Below are positions 41,901 through 53,967 of a DNA stretch of 64,000 bases, one piece after another. Source of the DNA: Geosiphon pyriformis uo1 (Eukaryota; Fungi; Glomeromycota); NCBI GenBank assembly GCA_016748015.1, contig JAAOMT010000289.1:321639-385638 (forward strand), written 5' to 3'. Under the pieces are notes generated by a model that was not told the origin of the DNA, did not search any database, and was given only the letters and a program-made list of their open reading frames with translations. The position numbers and the translations under genes were made by a program. The first letter of the stretch is position 1. The number at the start of each line of letters is the position of its first letter.

Positions 41901-44900
41901 CTGGATGGGCTAAGTTTAAGAATCTCTTTTCAACAAAACTCTTGTCTTTGGGTGAGACGTTCTCTGGTGCTAAAATGCGTGGTGATGTGGATGTTATGTG
42001 GGCAGTCTTGGTGAAGGCTGTGGTAGATTCTGCTGATGCAACATTTTCAAGGCATTGGTTTAGCAAATTCAAGTGTTCAAAAAACGTATATTCTTCTAGA
42101 TTTTTTGGTCTGGAAATATTGGTGGCCAAGATTGTTAAGAAGTTTTGCTCTGGTGACTTGTCTGGTACTAATCGTCTTATGAGTAAATGGTTGACTTTGG
42201 ATGATACAAAGACATGTACTTTCAAGGACTTGGTCGACTTGGAGGTTAAATCTGATGTTGTTGTTAGGCATTTGTCATTGGTTCACAGAGATTACAGAAG
42301 ATTGAAGATGTTTGAGTTGAGATTGGCTAAGGAAGCTTCTGTTAGGAAGGCAATTGAAAAGCACATGAATAATTTCTGTTTGGACAAAGGTAGTATAATC
42401 AGAAATGTGTTAGAAAGACCCTTTTACAAGGTGGTTTTGAATCATTTGGTGGTTGATAATGAGTTGGTTTTGTTGTCTGGAGAGGTGAAGTCAAGTATGG
42501 ACAAGATAATGGAAGGGTGGACAAAGAAACACTCTGTGCAGTCGGTGCTTCCTGATCTTTGAGCTCATCAGTATGCACCTTTAGACTATGTTCGAGATGA
42601 TGCCTTTTCAGGTGTTATGTGTGCAATCAGTATGGGAGAGTTACTTTTTGTTGTTGGTAGTCTATCTGATAGCAAGGCCGCTGGTTTGTTTGGCATTCCT
42701 AATGAGTTGTGGAAGCATAGTGGGGAAGTGATTTTGGGGTGTCTGTTGGCACTGTTCAATAAGTGTTTGTCTGTTGGTATGATGCCTGTTTTGTGAAAGA
42801 GGGCATGGATGTCTATGATTCTTAAGCCTTATGACTGGGATGAAGTTCTTATGAACACTCAGCCTATTGCTTTGATTGAGACTGCCAGGAAGATTCTTTT
42901 CAAAGTTCTGTTTGATCATATTTCAGTGACTTGTAGCAAGTTCGATGTTCTTCGAAGTGACAACTTCTTGGTGCTAAAGGGTACGTCCACACAATCCCTG
43001 GTGTTTGCTGTCGGTTCAGTGATTGAGGATGCCCTTAAAAAAAATAGAGAGTTGTGGTTGGTCTTGCAAAATATGCGAAAAGCTTACAATTCAGTTGGTT
43101 GACATCATTTGAGGGCTAGTTTGCGGCATGTCAAGATGTGTAAGAGATTCATAAGGTTTTTTGGTGGTATTCATGAGGATAGAGTTAACAGAGTGATGAC
43201 TGACTTTGGTTTGTCTAATGGTTATAAGGTGCATAATGGACTGGATCAGAATGAGGTCTTTTCACCACTTCTGTAGAGAATTTTTTACAATTCACTTTTG
43301 TGTGAGGTCAAGAGGCATGAACATTTGTGTGGATACTGGATTAATACTAAGTTTGTTTTGAAAACTGGCAAGATTGAAAGTGATGGTGGTTTGACTTCAT
43401 ATTTTTCGGCTGGTGTGTTTGTTAATAATACAATCTGAGTTGGGAATTGTCAGGCTTCCACTTAATATGCTCTGAACATTGCCAGTGAATTTTTTGTGAT
43501 CAATGATATTTCTATCAACAGTGAGAAAATGGTTGCTATTCCTATCAATTAGGGTGTTAAAGTGGCTTCATTAAGCATTTGCGGTCAGCCAATTTCTATT
43601 GCTAGAAAAGGTGAAGCACATCAGTATTTGGGTATCTTTTTGTCAACTGAGGGGCTCTCCAAGCCGAGTGTTGTCAAGGCTCATGCTGATGTATGTTTCT
43701 TCATTAATGTTGTGCTCAAGAAGGCTATCACAAATAAACAATTCTCCTATCTGGTTTTGGCTGTTTTGCAGCCTATTGTCAGCTATTGTATTCAGTTCAG
43801 TTTTGTCCCTTTTAATGTCTGTCGCAAGTAGAATGTCTTGGTTAGAAAAGGTCTCAGGTTTAAGGCTTGTCTTCTCTGTGATTTTTCTGATGCTGCTTTG
43901 CATCATCCCTCATTATATGGCCTGAAGCCTTTTGAGCAGATGCAGTCAGAAAAGAAGATTGCTGCTCTGATAATGTTCTCTAATGCTCCTAGTATTCTCA
44001 AGTATTTGTTTTGTCATAGGTTTTTGGATCTACAGGTTCTTGGTTGGACCCTTTTGGATCCGTTGCAGTTTCTGGTTAGGTTGCATGTTAATCCAGTAAA
44101 CAATTTTTTGGCTAGGATGGTAAAAATTTTTTTGGGCAATGAGCTGTCTTTGGTAAACAACCTCTCCACTGTATTTCGTGGTCCTGGTTGTTTTCCATTG
44201 TCCTCCATTCTTGGAAAGTCTCTGTATTTTAATTTGGTCAAATCTCTTAAATGCTTTGGTGTTACTTTTGGTGATCAGCTTTTTGATAAAAAAGATGTTT
44301 TGTTGGATTGGAAAACTTTTTGTCATTGGAAGAGATTGGATCCACATAGTCCTGTGCCTCATTGGTTCATGGTTTCTTCTGAATTTTTGAAGGATCAGGG
44401 TTATCCATTTTCTGGTCTTGTTAGCTCTACGGAGAAACTTGGTTTGGACATTTTGGGGTCTGGGGAATTTTCTGCAGTGAAAGATGATTTGCATGACATT
44501 TGGTCGGGCTCTTTTGAAGTTTTTACGAATGGGTCTTTAAAAAATACAGGCTCTGCTGAGGTCACCTGTAGTGCTGCTGCATACTTCTCAGTCTTGGATA
44601 AGAGCATTGGTGTTGCTGTTTATGGTCTTTTGTCATCTACTATAGCTGAATTACAGACTGTCACTTTGTCTCTGGAGTGTGTTTCTTCTTTAAGTACTGT
44701 GGTGTTGTATCTTGATAGTCAGGCTGCTATTGATGCATATGTGTCTGAAATGTCTTTGGCTACCCCCAATTTCTGTAACCAATGCTGGCTGGAGAAGCAG
44801 CATATTTTTAATTTGGTTAGGGATAAAGATCTTAGTGTGAGTTGGGTTAAGGTAAAGGGTCACTCTGGGATTCCTGGAAATGTGGAAGCTAACTTGGCAA

Positions 44901-45934
44901 CTGGGGCTGCCTCTGGATCCCCCTTTTCTCTTTTTGCCAATGTGTATAAACATTTTTTGGTTGCTGAAGATGTTGCTGTCTTTGGCAATGCTCATCATTT
45001 TATCAGGGATATTTTTTGGTCTGTTTGTCATGCTTATTGGGAAGATGGTCCTGGTTGTGATGTGGTTCTGAACGCGATGATTGGTTGCATAGACTGGGTT
45101 GTTACTGCAAAAGTGTGGCATCCTAATCTTATATGCTTGCTGGGTTCACTAGTCGTAAGTTCTCAATACTCCACACTTATCTTATAAAAGCTGTGCACAG
45201 GAGATTGCCAGTGGCAGTGTGAAAAAAATTGTATAATAAGTGCTACCCTAGTGTATTGTGTTTATTGTGTGGTGGAGTGGAGTTCTCTGACCATGCTTTT
45301 ACTTGTGTTCATGAAGCTGGCATTTGTGGTGAGATCTTGGTTGAGACTTCTGCCTATTGGTCAGCTTTGACTAGTAGTTCTTCTATTTCCACTGTGTTGC
45401 AAGTTTTGTCTCAATATTCCATTGATGTCAGGTTGTATTCTTTAGTTTGCAAGGGGTTTGTGCTGAGAGAATGGTTTGAGGAGGCTTGTAGTGTTTTAGA
45501 GGATAGAAAGGTGGCTACTGCTCAGATTGTTGATTATGTCAGGTTTGTTGTTGGGTTACATCGTACTAAGGTGTGGTTAATTAGGTCCAGCCTCCAGATG
45601 ATTATGGAGAAGACTGGTCTGGTTTGTAATAGTGGTGTTGTTTTTGAACTTTCTCGTGAAGTGCCTTCAGTTTTGTCTGATGGTGTTGTAAGATTGCTTG
45701 GTGTGGCCAATTTTTTTGCTGTTAGCTTTGGACATCGGAGACCATTTTGTTTTTTTTTTGGTTTGGGTGGCAGTGTATAGGTTAATATAAGTGTGTAGTA
45801 TAGCCTTGTCTGGCCTGAGTGGCTAGCCACATATAGAGAGTGCATGAGTTGTGTTTAGTTTGAGCCTCTTAGTTTGGCTCTATATACTAGATAGCAATTG
45901 AACTACACTCGTTAAATGTGTTAATAAAAAAAAA
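39000..45934 (+). mobile_element. Near full-length non-LTR retrotransposon (LINE), inactivated; ORF1 ~39137-41117, ORF2 41114-~45800
   Basis: ORF1 has an RRM-like segment and CAACKQFGHVSGVC. ORF2 has APE (CNVRGI, TETKL, GDFN, IDYIF, TDH), RT (FVNN for FVDD), RNase H (FTNGS, LDSQAAI, KVKGHSG) and a C-terminal CLLC...H...C. Poly(A) tail. Candidate TSD aagcttaat at 38991-38999 and 45935-45943. Confidence 0.95.
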
Positions 45935-46659
45935 AAGCTTAATTAAAGTTAAAAAATATTACAGATTTTAAAGCTTTATAAATTTAAATTTGCTCTTAAT
46001 ATTAATATTTAATTAATTATATTTAAATATATAAAAAGTTTTATTTTTAACAAAAATTATATTATTTATAATATTTTAAAATATTTTTTTAAAAAATTTA
46101 TTCTAAATTATTTAATTATAAACAATTCCTTAATTAAAAAATTAAATAAAATCAAATCAAATATAAATAATATAATAAAGAGTTAAATAAAAAAAATAGT
46201 TTTAAATACAATTTTGAATAATTAAACTTAGTAGTATTTACTATTAAATTATATTAATAATATTATATTTGTTAATATTATGATTAAAATTAAGTAAAAT
46301 AAGTGGCTAATATAATCAAAAAGTTATTAGATAAAAAAATAACTGGTCTTTTAAATATATTTAATAAATTATAAAAGTATTATAGAAATTTAGTTTTAAA
46401 GTTATTTATATTATTGTTAATTTAATATTTAATTTGTAAATAATTTTAAAATATATAATTAGAATAAAATTCTAATTAATACTTAGTTTATTGTCTTTAT
46501 TAAATCTCAATTATATATAATAAATTTAATATTTTATATAATAACAATTTTTTAGTATTATATAACATATTAATTTAGTTTTTTATCTTTATTATTGGAT
46601 TAATAATTGAAAATACATTAAAAAAAATCAAAATTTTTAAGTAATATTATAAAATATTA

Positions 46660-47330
46660 ATATAAAAATCAATATTACAAATGATTATTTAAGATATTAA
46701 AATAAATAACAAATTTATAACTTGGTATTTAATAGCTAATTATATTGTTAGTAATATTTGAAAATTTTTGAATTTGAAGGTTTTAATTAAGTTTTTTATA
46801 TAATAAACAGAAATTTACTTGATAATTGTTTTTTAAAAATTTTTTCTTTAATATAAAGACTAGTTTAATTTAGCAGTTATATTTTTTTGGTAAGCTATTC
46901 TTAAATCTTTATCTTTCTTTTATGAGTTTTTTACCAAACTATTTTTAATATTAATATCTTAATGCTTAATTTTTTAATTAATTAATAAACAACAAAAAAA
47001 TAAAAAATAAAAAAATAAAAAAAAATAAAAAAATTAGTATTCTGTTAATAGTTATAATTAAGAGTTATTGTTTCAATATAATTAAGTATTAAATTTTATC
47101 AATATAAATTGTTAATAGTGTGAAAACAATAAGTATTTTTAATCAATTAATAATAATATAGATTAAATAATAAATAAGTATTTTATTGATATGAATATAA
47201 TTCTGTTTTAAAATATTTTTTAAAAAAAGAAGTATATTATAAATATTTATTATTAACTAACTATTTGTTTATTTATCTTTTTTATTTTAACACTATTACT
47301 ATATATATATAATTTTTATTATATAAAAAA
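46660..47330 (-). mobile_element. Heavily A/T-eroded relic of the gypsy 5' leader plus LTR
   Basis: 46668-46735 aligns to 6136-6203. tggtaagctattcttaaatct at ~46888 equals the LTR edge at 6406; the sequence that follows is colinear with the LTR. Confidence 0.8.
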
Positions 47331-48964
47331 ATTTTTTTTTCTTAATTTTTTGAAATATTTTGGAATTTTTAAAAATTTTTGGATTTTTTAAAAGATTTAA
47401 AATTTTTTAAAAAATATATATTTTTTTCTATTCTAATTGGCTATTTTAATGTCATGTGTTTTTTTTTATTGTTTATCTATTATTTTTTTCTTTTTTTTAA
47501 GTATAATACTAATAATTAATTTATATTATACCAAAATATTAAACAAAAATTATGACATAAAATAGTTTTTTATAAGAAAAAAACATAAATTTATATTGTT
47601 TTATTTAAATAATAAATGCTAAGTTCTATAGAGATATTATTTGTGAATATTTATATAAAAAAAAAATATTAAAAAATAAGTAATAATTTTAATAAAACAA
47701 TAATTCAAAATACATAAGTTATTTAACCAAAATTTTTTTTCAAAAAAACATATTTAAAATTATAATTTAACTATTTAATAGTTTTAATTTAAATTTTATT
47801 AAAAACTTATAAACTATTGTAAAAGAAAATATAAAAAGTATATACTTAAAAATCAAAATAAATTAAAACAGTTTATAAAAAAAGTGGTAAAATATTTTTT
47901 AATTTATCTTAATTAAATTAATAAAATACTATTGTAAGATAATAATTGTAAATAAAAAAAATATTATATTAAAATTTTTTAATAAAATTTTGTGCTTTTT
48001 AGCTTTTTAATAATATAATTTGTTATATAATTTTTTATAAATAACAATAAACAGTTTTTTATAAACTAATTTTATAATGAATATATATAAATTAATTATA
48101 ATTTAAATATTAGATTTAATTTTTTAGTATATATAATAAATAATCTTAAATATATTATAAATAAAATAAGTATTATTAAATATTATTATATTATCAACCA
48201 AATATAAATAATAATATTTGATTAAAATAATTATGTAATATTATTTTAATTAACATAAATTATATTTAATTTTGAATATTAAGTTATTGTATTGTATTAG
48301 ATAATAATTATTAAATAAAATAAAATAAATTATTGTTTACAGTCAAAACAAAATCAAGTATTATAATTAATAATAATGTTATTAAATTAATAAAAATAGC
48401 AAAAAAATTAATATTAATAAGTATTTTTTTTAATTTTTTTATTTGTAATTAAAAATTTTATATAATAATAGCAACAATATTAAAATTAATCTTAATTAAT
48501 TACTTAAAAAAAATTTCAAATAAAAAAACTCTTATTTAAAAACAAAAAATGTTTTAAAAAAGTGCTGTTTAGCTGTTTTTATAATTAAAAAACCATAAAA
48601 TAGTTGTATTATTAAAAACTACAAAAAAAATAAAAGTTGTTTCTTTTTATATTTTGCTTTAATTATGGTCATAAAATTGTAAGAAAAAAAGAATATTATT
48701 ATTTATTTAATATAAACTAAAAAAATTATAAACATAAACATAATTTAAAAATTATTTTTTTCAAATAAAAAAAAATTATTTTAAGAATTAATAACAATAA
48801 TTTTGAAAAAAACTATTTAAAAAAAATCGGGTGGCTAATCCATGATAATTGCATTATACGAAAATGTAATAAAAAAAATTATATTAAAAATTATATGTTA
48901 TATTAATATTATTTAAATACATTAATTATTTATAGAGCTTAAATTAAATTAAATTAAATTAAAT

Positions 48965-49430
48965 TATTTATTTATTTATTTATTTATTAATCGCGGCCCA
49001 GATGCGACCTAGTATACATAAAGTGCAAATCACGCGCTTACAACATGTGACCAGCCACTCGAGCCGGTCAAGGCTGCACTACACATTTATGACTACACTG
49101 ACAACACTATCTAAACCTGATATGAACAGCCATTTTTTACAAAAACCGAAACTAACCGCGAAGGCCTTGTCGACCCCTAAAATGTGAACCACATCATAAG
49201 ATTTTGAAAGTTTTTAAAGGATTTCCCAGTGGAATTCGTTTTTGTTTAAGCATTATTAATTGGGAAAATTAATTTAGATTGGCAAGACTCGCGGTTGGAC
49301 CCCTCAGACTATAAGGAACAGGACCATTAACATTGATCAACCCACTCTTCTCCATCGCAACTCTGTACTTAGCCCTAAACAACCAGATCCGCTCCCTGTG
49401 GTTAGAGGAGACAATCTTGGATTCCCCGAA
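48965..49430 (-). mobile_element. 5'-truncated LINE (ORF2 C-terminus + 3'UTR + (TAAA)n tail)
   Basis: Reverse strand encodes HRERIW...MEKSGL...LGVDKAFAVSFG, homologous to 45560-45800; 3'UTR gtgtagtgcagccttgaccggctcgagtggctggtcaca. Confidence 0.88.
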
Positions 49431-49680
49431 TAATTGATTTAAAATATTAATTATAAATTAATAATACCAATTTTAATTATTTAAATTATAATTAAAATAG
49501 ATTAATTGATTACATTTGTTTTTAAGTTTTAATTTGTAAATTTACCATATTAATTATATTAATAAAAACATATTAAATCCCAAAACATAACAAAACTAAT
49601 TATTATTAAATTAGATGTATTAATTATTAATTTTAATTAATGTTTTTTAATTGATAAAAAATTTTATATTTAATTTAAAT

Positions 49681-49749
49681 TACGGGTGGCTGGTCACGTG
49701 TAGAAAAGAGTATCGTTATAAGTAGTGGTTGGGTCACACTCGTAAAAAA
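49681..49749 (+). mobile_element. Minimal LINE 3'-end unit
   Basis: tacgggtggctggtcacgtgtag...cactcgt followed by an A tract; shares both motifs with the LINE 3'UTR at 45817-45913. Confidence 0.65.
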
Positions 49750-49913
49750 GATTTTATTTTATTTTTTGTTGTTTTTGGTTTTATTGTTAATTTTTTTAAT
49801 GCTATTTGAATTGTTAAATTAAATGAATAGCTTCAATTTATTTTTACTTAATTTTTCATAATATATGTGTTTTTTTTTACTTAATTTTTTATATTTTTAA
49901 TACTTTAATTTTT

Positions 49914-49917
<4 letters not shown>

Positions 49918-49950
<33 letters not shown>
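49918..49950. repeat. (TTA)n microsatellite
   Basis: Directly visible. Confidence 0.9.
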
Positions 49951-50240
49951 GCTAAAAAATCAACAAAAAATTTTTTTTAGTTAAATTTTTATTAGCAACA
50001 TAATCTTAATCGAATTATTATTTTATTTATTTTTAATTCTGTTTATTTTATTTTTAATTAATCTATTTTATTTTTAATTTATTTATTTTAATAAAATATT
50101 TATTTTGTATTATAATATTTTCAATATTTTTAGAATTAATTATATTATTAATATTTGTCTGGTTTTTATATATATATTGTAACATTAATATTAAAAATAT
50201 CTTAAATAAAAATGTATACAATTAGATTTTATTTTTTTAC

Positions 50241-50294
50241 AGAGTGGCTAGTCACATGTAGAAAGTGCCTAGGCCTCACTCGTTAAAAAAAAAA
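50241..50294 (+). mobile_element. Minimal LINE 3'-end unit
   Basis: agagtggctagtcacatgtag...cactcgtt followed by A10. Confidence 0.65.
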
Positions 50295-50992
50295 CCAGAT
50301 TTTTAGATTTATTTAATATTTAATATTACAGCTATAAGGTTAGATTTTAATTTACCAAGTTAATAGTATTTCAGATTGTACCAAAAACAAAGTTTAGATA
50401 TATTTTTTTTTTCTGGAAACGGGTTTCATTAAATTAAATAGTTTATTTACTTGTTTGTTTGTTTGTATAGGTTTTACCATTGCATTATCAAGATTAAAAT
50501 AAAGATATCCTAAAATTTAGAATTTAAAAGTGTTTCTCTTGTCCTTACGACCAATTACTCTTAATTAAAGAATAAAGGGCATGTTTTCAAGTCTGAAATA
50601 CGAAAACAAAATATTTCAATATAAAGTATATCTTCTACGGAGAAATTGTTTATGCTTTCCCAACAATATTGCCTAACCATGCCTTCCTTTATGTACCAAT
50701 CTCAGATCACCTGAAACAAGCACTCGAACCTCTACATAATATTTTGGTTTTAAGTACAATAATCTTCGAGAATTCCCGTCAAAATTTCGGGTTTTGACAT
50801 TGTTTTTTTCAACCTTTCCTTAATCGTTTCTTTGGGTGAAGCATTACCTTGTTGATCTTTCTATATAGCCCTCTTCATTTTGGTCCTTACGGATCTCTCA
50901 AAATATATACATATACTCGATCTGGGTAAAAAGCTTTACAAACAATTATCAACCAGATAGAAATATTTTGGGAAAGATTTTAAAGAAAGGTT

Positions 50993-53967
50993 ATGAATCT
51001 AATTGGTTACGACGGCGTTTCTGTGGTATGTGCCGTTCTTGGTGGCTTTATTTTATTATTTGGGTTTGTTTCTTTATTCGTCAAAGAGCGTTTATACTTG
51101 TCTGAAGCACGTAAGTGTATTTGACCGAAATTTTATAATTAATCGCGTAATTCTAAGTGGATTGATGCTTTTCATTAAATAAACCTCCCTCCCCCAATTT
51201 ATTCTTACCACACAAATAAAAATTTTCGATCCAAACTGTATTCTTGTAAAAATCAGTTGTTGCAGTTTTAGTGGGATTTATAGTTGGTCCAATCGGATTA
51301 GAAATTCTTGTTCCTCAAAAATGGGGTAACGAAGAAGAAGTCACTAAAATTACAAAAGAATTCACGCGAATTGTTATCGCAATCCAAGTAAGAATGATTC
51401 AATAAAAATGTTTGATTCGATCTTTTCTTTGCAAGGAATCCACGCCATTTAATTTAAATTTTTACAAAAAAGGTTATGGCTGCCGGTGTCTTTTTGCCCA
51501 AGTAATGGAAGCATTGATTTGTCATTATGTTTTATTGGTATAGAATATCTTGTCGAATAGACATATTTTTAAATTATAGGGCATACCTCTATAAGGAGAT
51601 GAAATCTCTACTGTGCTTGATTATCCCAGTTATGGGATGGATGTGGGTGGCTTCCGGTTTTTTCATCTGGCTGCTGATACCGGGACTTTCCTGGGTATTT
51701 TTTTTATATTAAGGTCAAATATTTTATTCTACAGTATCCTCAAATGATCAATTTCTTTTGCAGTTGGAAGCTTTAGTAATTGCCTCGTGTGTGACACCGA
51801 CAGATCCTGTAAGTTATAAATTTTAGTTCAAATCTCCAAATTAATCACCATCATCAACTCTTTCTTTTCTTCCGGTGAAAGGTCTTGGCCAACTCGGTGG
51901 TGAAAGGGAAATTCGCTGAAAAGCATGTACCCCCACACGTTCGGAACGTACTTTCTGCTGAAAGGTATCTTGATTAAATCATTCACAATTCTTTATATTA
52001 AGGTCACGTTCTCACACCTAATCATTATTTTTTAGTGGGGCGAATGATGGTATGCTAAACACCCCTGTATCCAAAAATTCTTCATCGGTCCTCATCACTC
52101 GTCGACTCATTAACAATCTTTTTGTGTCAAAAGGCTTAGGATTTCCGTTTTTATATGCCGCTGTATATTTAATGACCGAAACTACTGGTGCCGCCATTGC
52201 AAAATGGATTTACTTCGTATGTTTGTACGAAATAGTACTTTCTTGTATAATTGGATTTGTGGTGGGATACATTGCACGAAAAGTTTTATATTTTTCTGAA
52301 ACAAGGTAGGGTTCTATTTATAAATATTCTCCTACATTTTATCCGATCTTCATCTCATTTCATTTTTGTTTAACTCAAGACGCTTGATCGATAAAGAATC
52401 TTTTTTGGCATTTGCCATTGCTTTGGCTGTAAGTCATCAAATTGGCTTTTTGAATTGGAAAATTTTGTTTAAGCTAAGTTCTGCCTCTTTTGCGTTTTCA
52501 AGCTATTCTTAATGGGTACAGTCTCGTTGATAGGAAGCGATGATATACTCGCGTGTTTTATCGCGGGAAATTCCGTCACTTGGGAGTAAGTAGATTTGTA
52601 CGAGACGTAATTAGAGGAATCTTCGTTTTAAATATTTCTCATCCAATTTAGCGACTGGCTGCGTAAAGAAACAGAGGAATCACATTTTCAAGAGGTTATC
52701 GACATGCTGCTTAACATGGCTGTATTTGTTTACATTGGAGCGACAATGCCTTGGTCCTCATTTACTGATAGTAATTTGGGACTAAACATTTGGCGTATGA
52801 TTGCACTTGGTGTTCTAATCCTTGTATTTCGGCGTCTTCCCCTTATCCTTGTTTTGTATCGTTGGATACCTGCCATCAAAACTTTTCGTGAAGGTAATTT
52901 GTTTTAAAAGCATATTGTACATTTGGGAGATTCCTGGCTAAATTTCATTTCTATCTTACCAGCGGTCTTTAGTGGCTGGTTTGGACCTATTGGAGTTGGT
53001 TGGTATCTTGGGTGGATATGTGATGATTATCTACATCCATTTTCAATATTAATTTCTAGCTGATCATCTACGATTTTCAGGTTCTATATATCTCTCAGTA
53101 GTTGCTCAAAACGCCTTTGAAAAGGATGGTCCTCATCATCATGTTCGAAAACTTATTATGCCAGGTAAGCTGACATTATTCTTTCCAACGAATGAGAAAC
53201 CCATTAACCATTCTAATTTATTTGATTGGTGCTTCTACAAACAAAAAGTGGTATATTTCAACGCTTTGATGAGCATAATTGTTCATGGGTGTACGGTAAA
53301 TTTTTTATATTTAAATTGCCTGATATTTGGATTCCTTTGCTGATCATATACAAATATTTTCATTAGATACCAGTATTAAAGATCAGCCAAAGGATTAATA
53401 CACGAAATTTGACTTCAGCTACATTTAACAATCAAGTAACACGATTACCGGTTCTTCGCCATGGACAGGATTTGATATTTCGTGCGCCTAAAAATGAACA
53501 AAATGAGAGCAATGGAAAAAATGCTTCTCCCTCTCCTGTCTCAACCTTGACCGTGGTTAATGATTCGGATAATGTAGCTATATCCGATTCTGCCCCTGAA
53601 AGACCGACACCTGGAACCAGTCAAGAAAATCGCGACACCTATGAAAGTTTTGGAAAAGACAAGGATTCGAGTACAAAGATTACCATTGATGTACCTGATT
53701 CTATATCGGAAGAACCGCAAAAGTCTAAGACACAGCAGCAGCTTGATCGATTGCGACGCCCTCGGTTTGACTCGAGAAATTTTTCTGTATATGATGAACA
53801 CGAAAATATTATTATTGAAGATGAGATTGAAGGCATGGTCTATGTATGTTGAATTCAATTTTTTTTAATAATCTTCATCTGCTTTGCTTTTTTACTCAGT
53901 ATCAAAACCTTGTTAGGTAATTCCCCGCGATCCTTCGACCAATTTCGCTTCGGGATCCAAAACGTGA
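50993..53967 (+). CDS. NHA1: Plasma-membrane Na+(K+)/H+ antiporter Nha1/Sod2 (CPA1 family), about 16 exons including micro-exons
   Basis: VSLFVKERLYLSEA, TPTDPVLANSVVKGKFAEKHVP, AESGANDGLGFPF, GSDDILACF, FRRLP, GWFGPIGVG, SIIVHG. Confidence 0.93.

Noticed and set aside
41625-45845. Numerous antisense ORFs over LINE ORF2
   Set aside because: Shadow frames of a coding strand, with no recognisable motifs.
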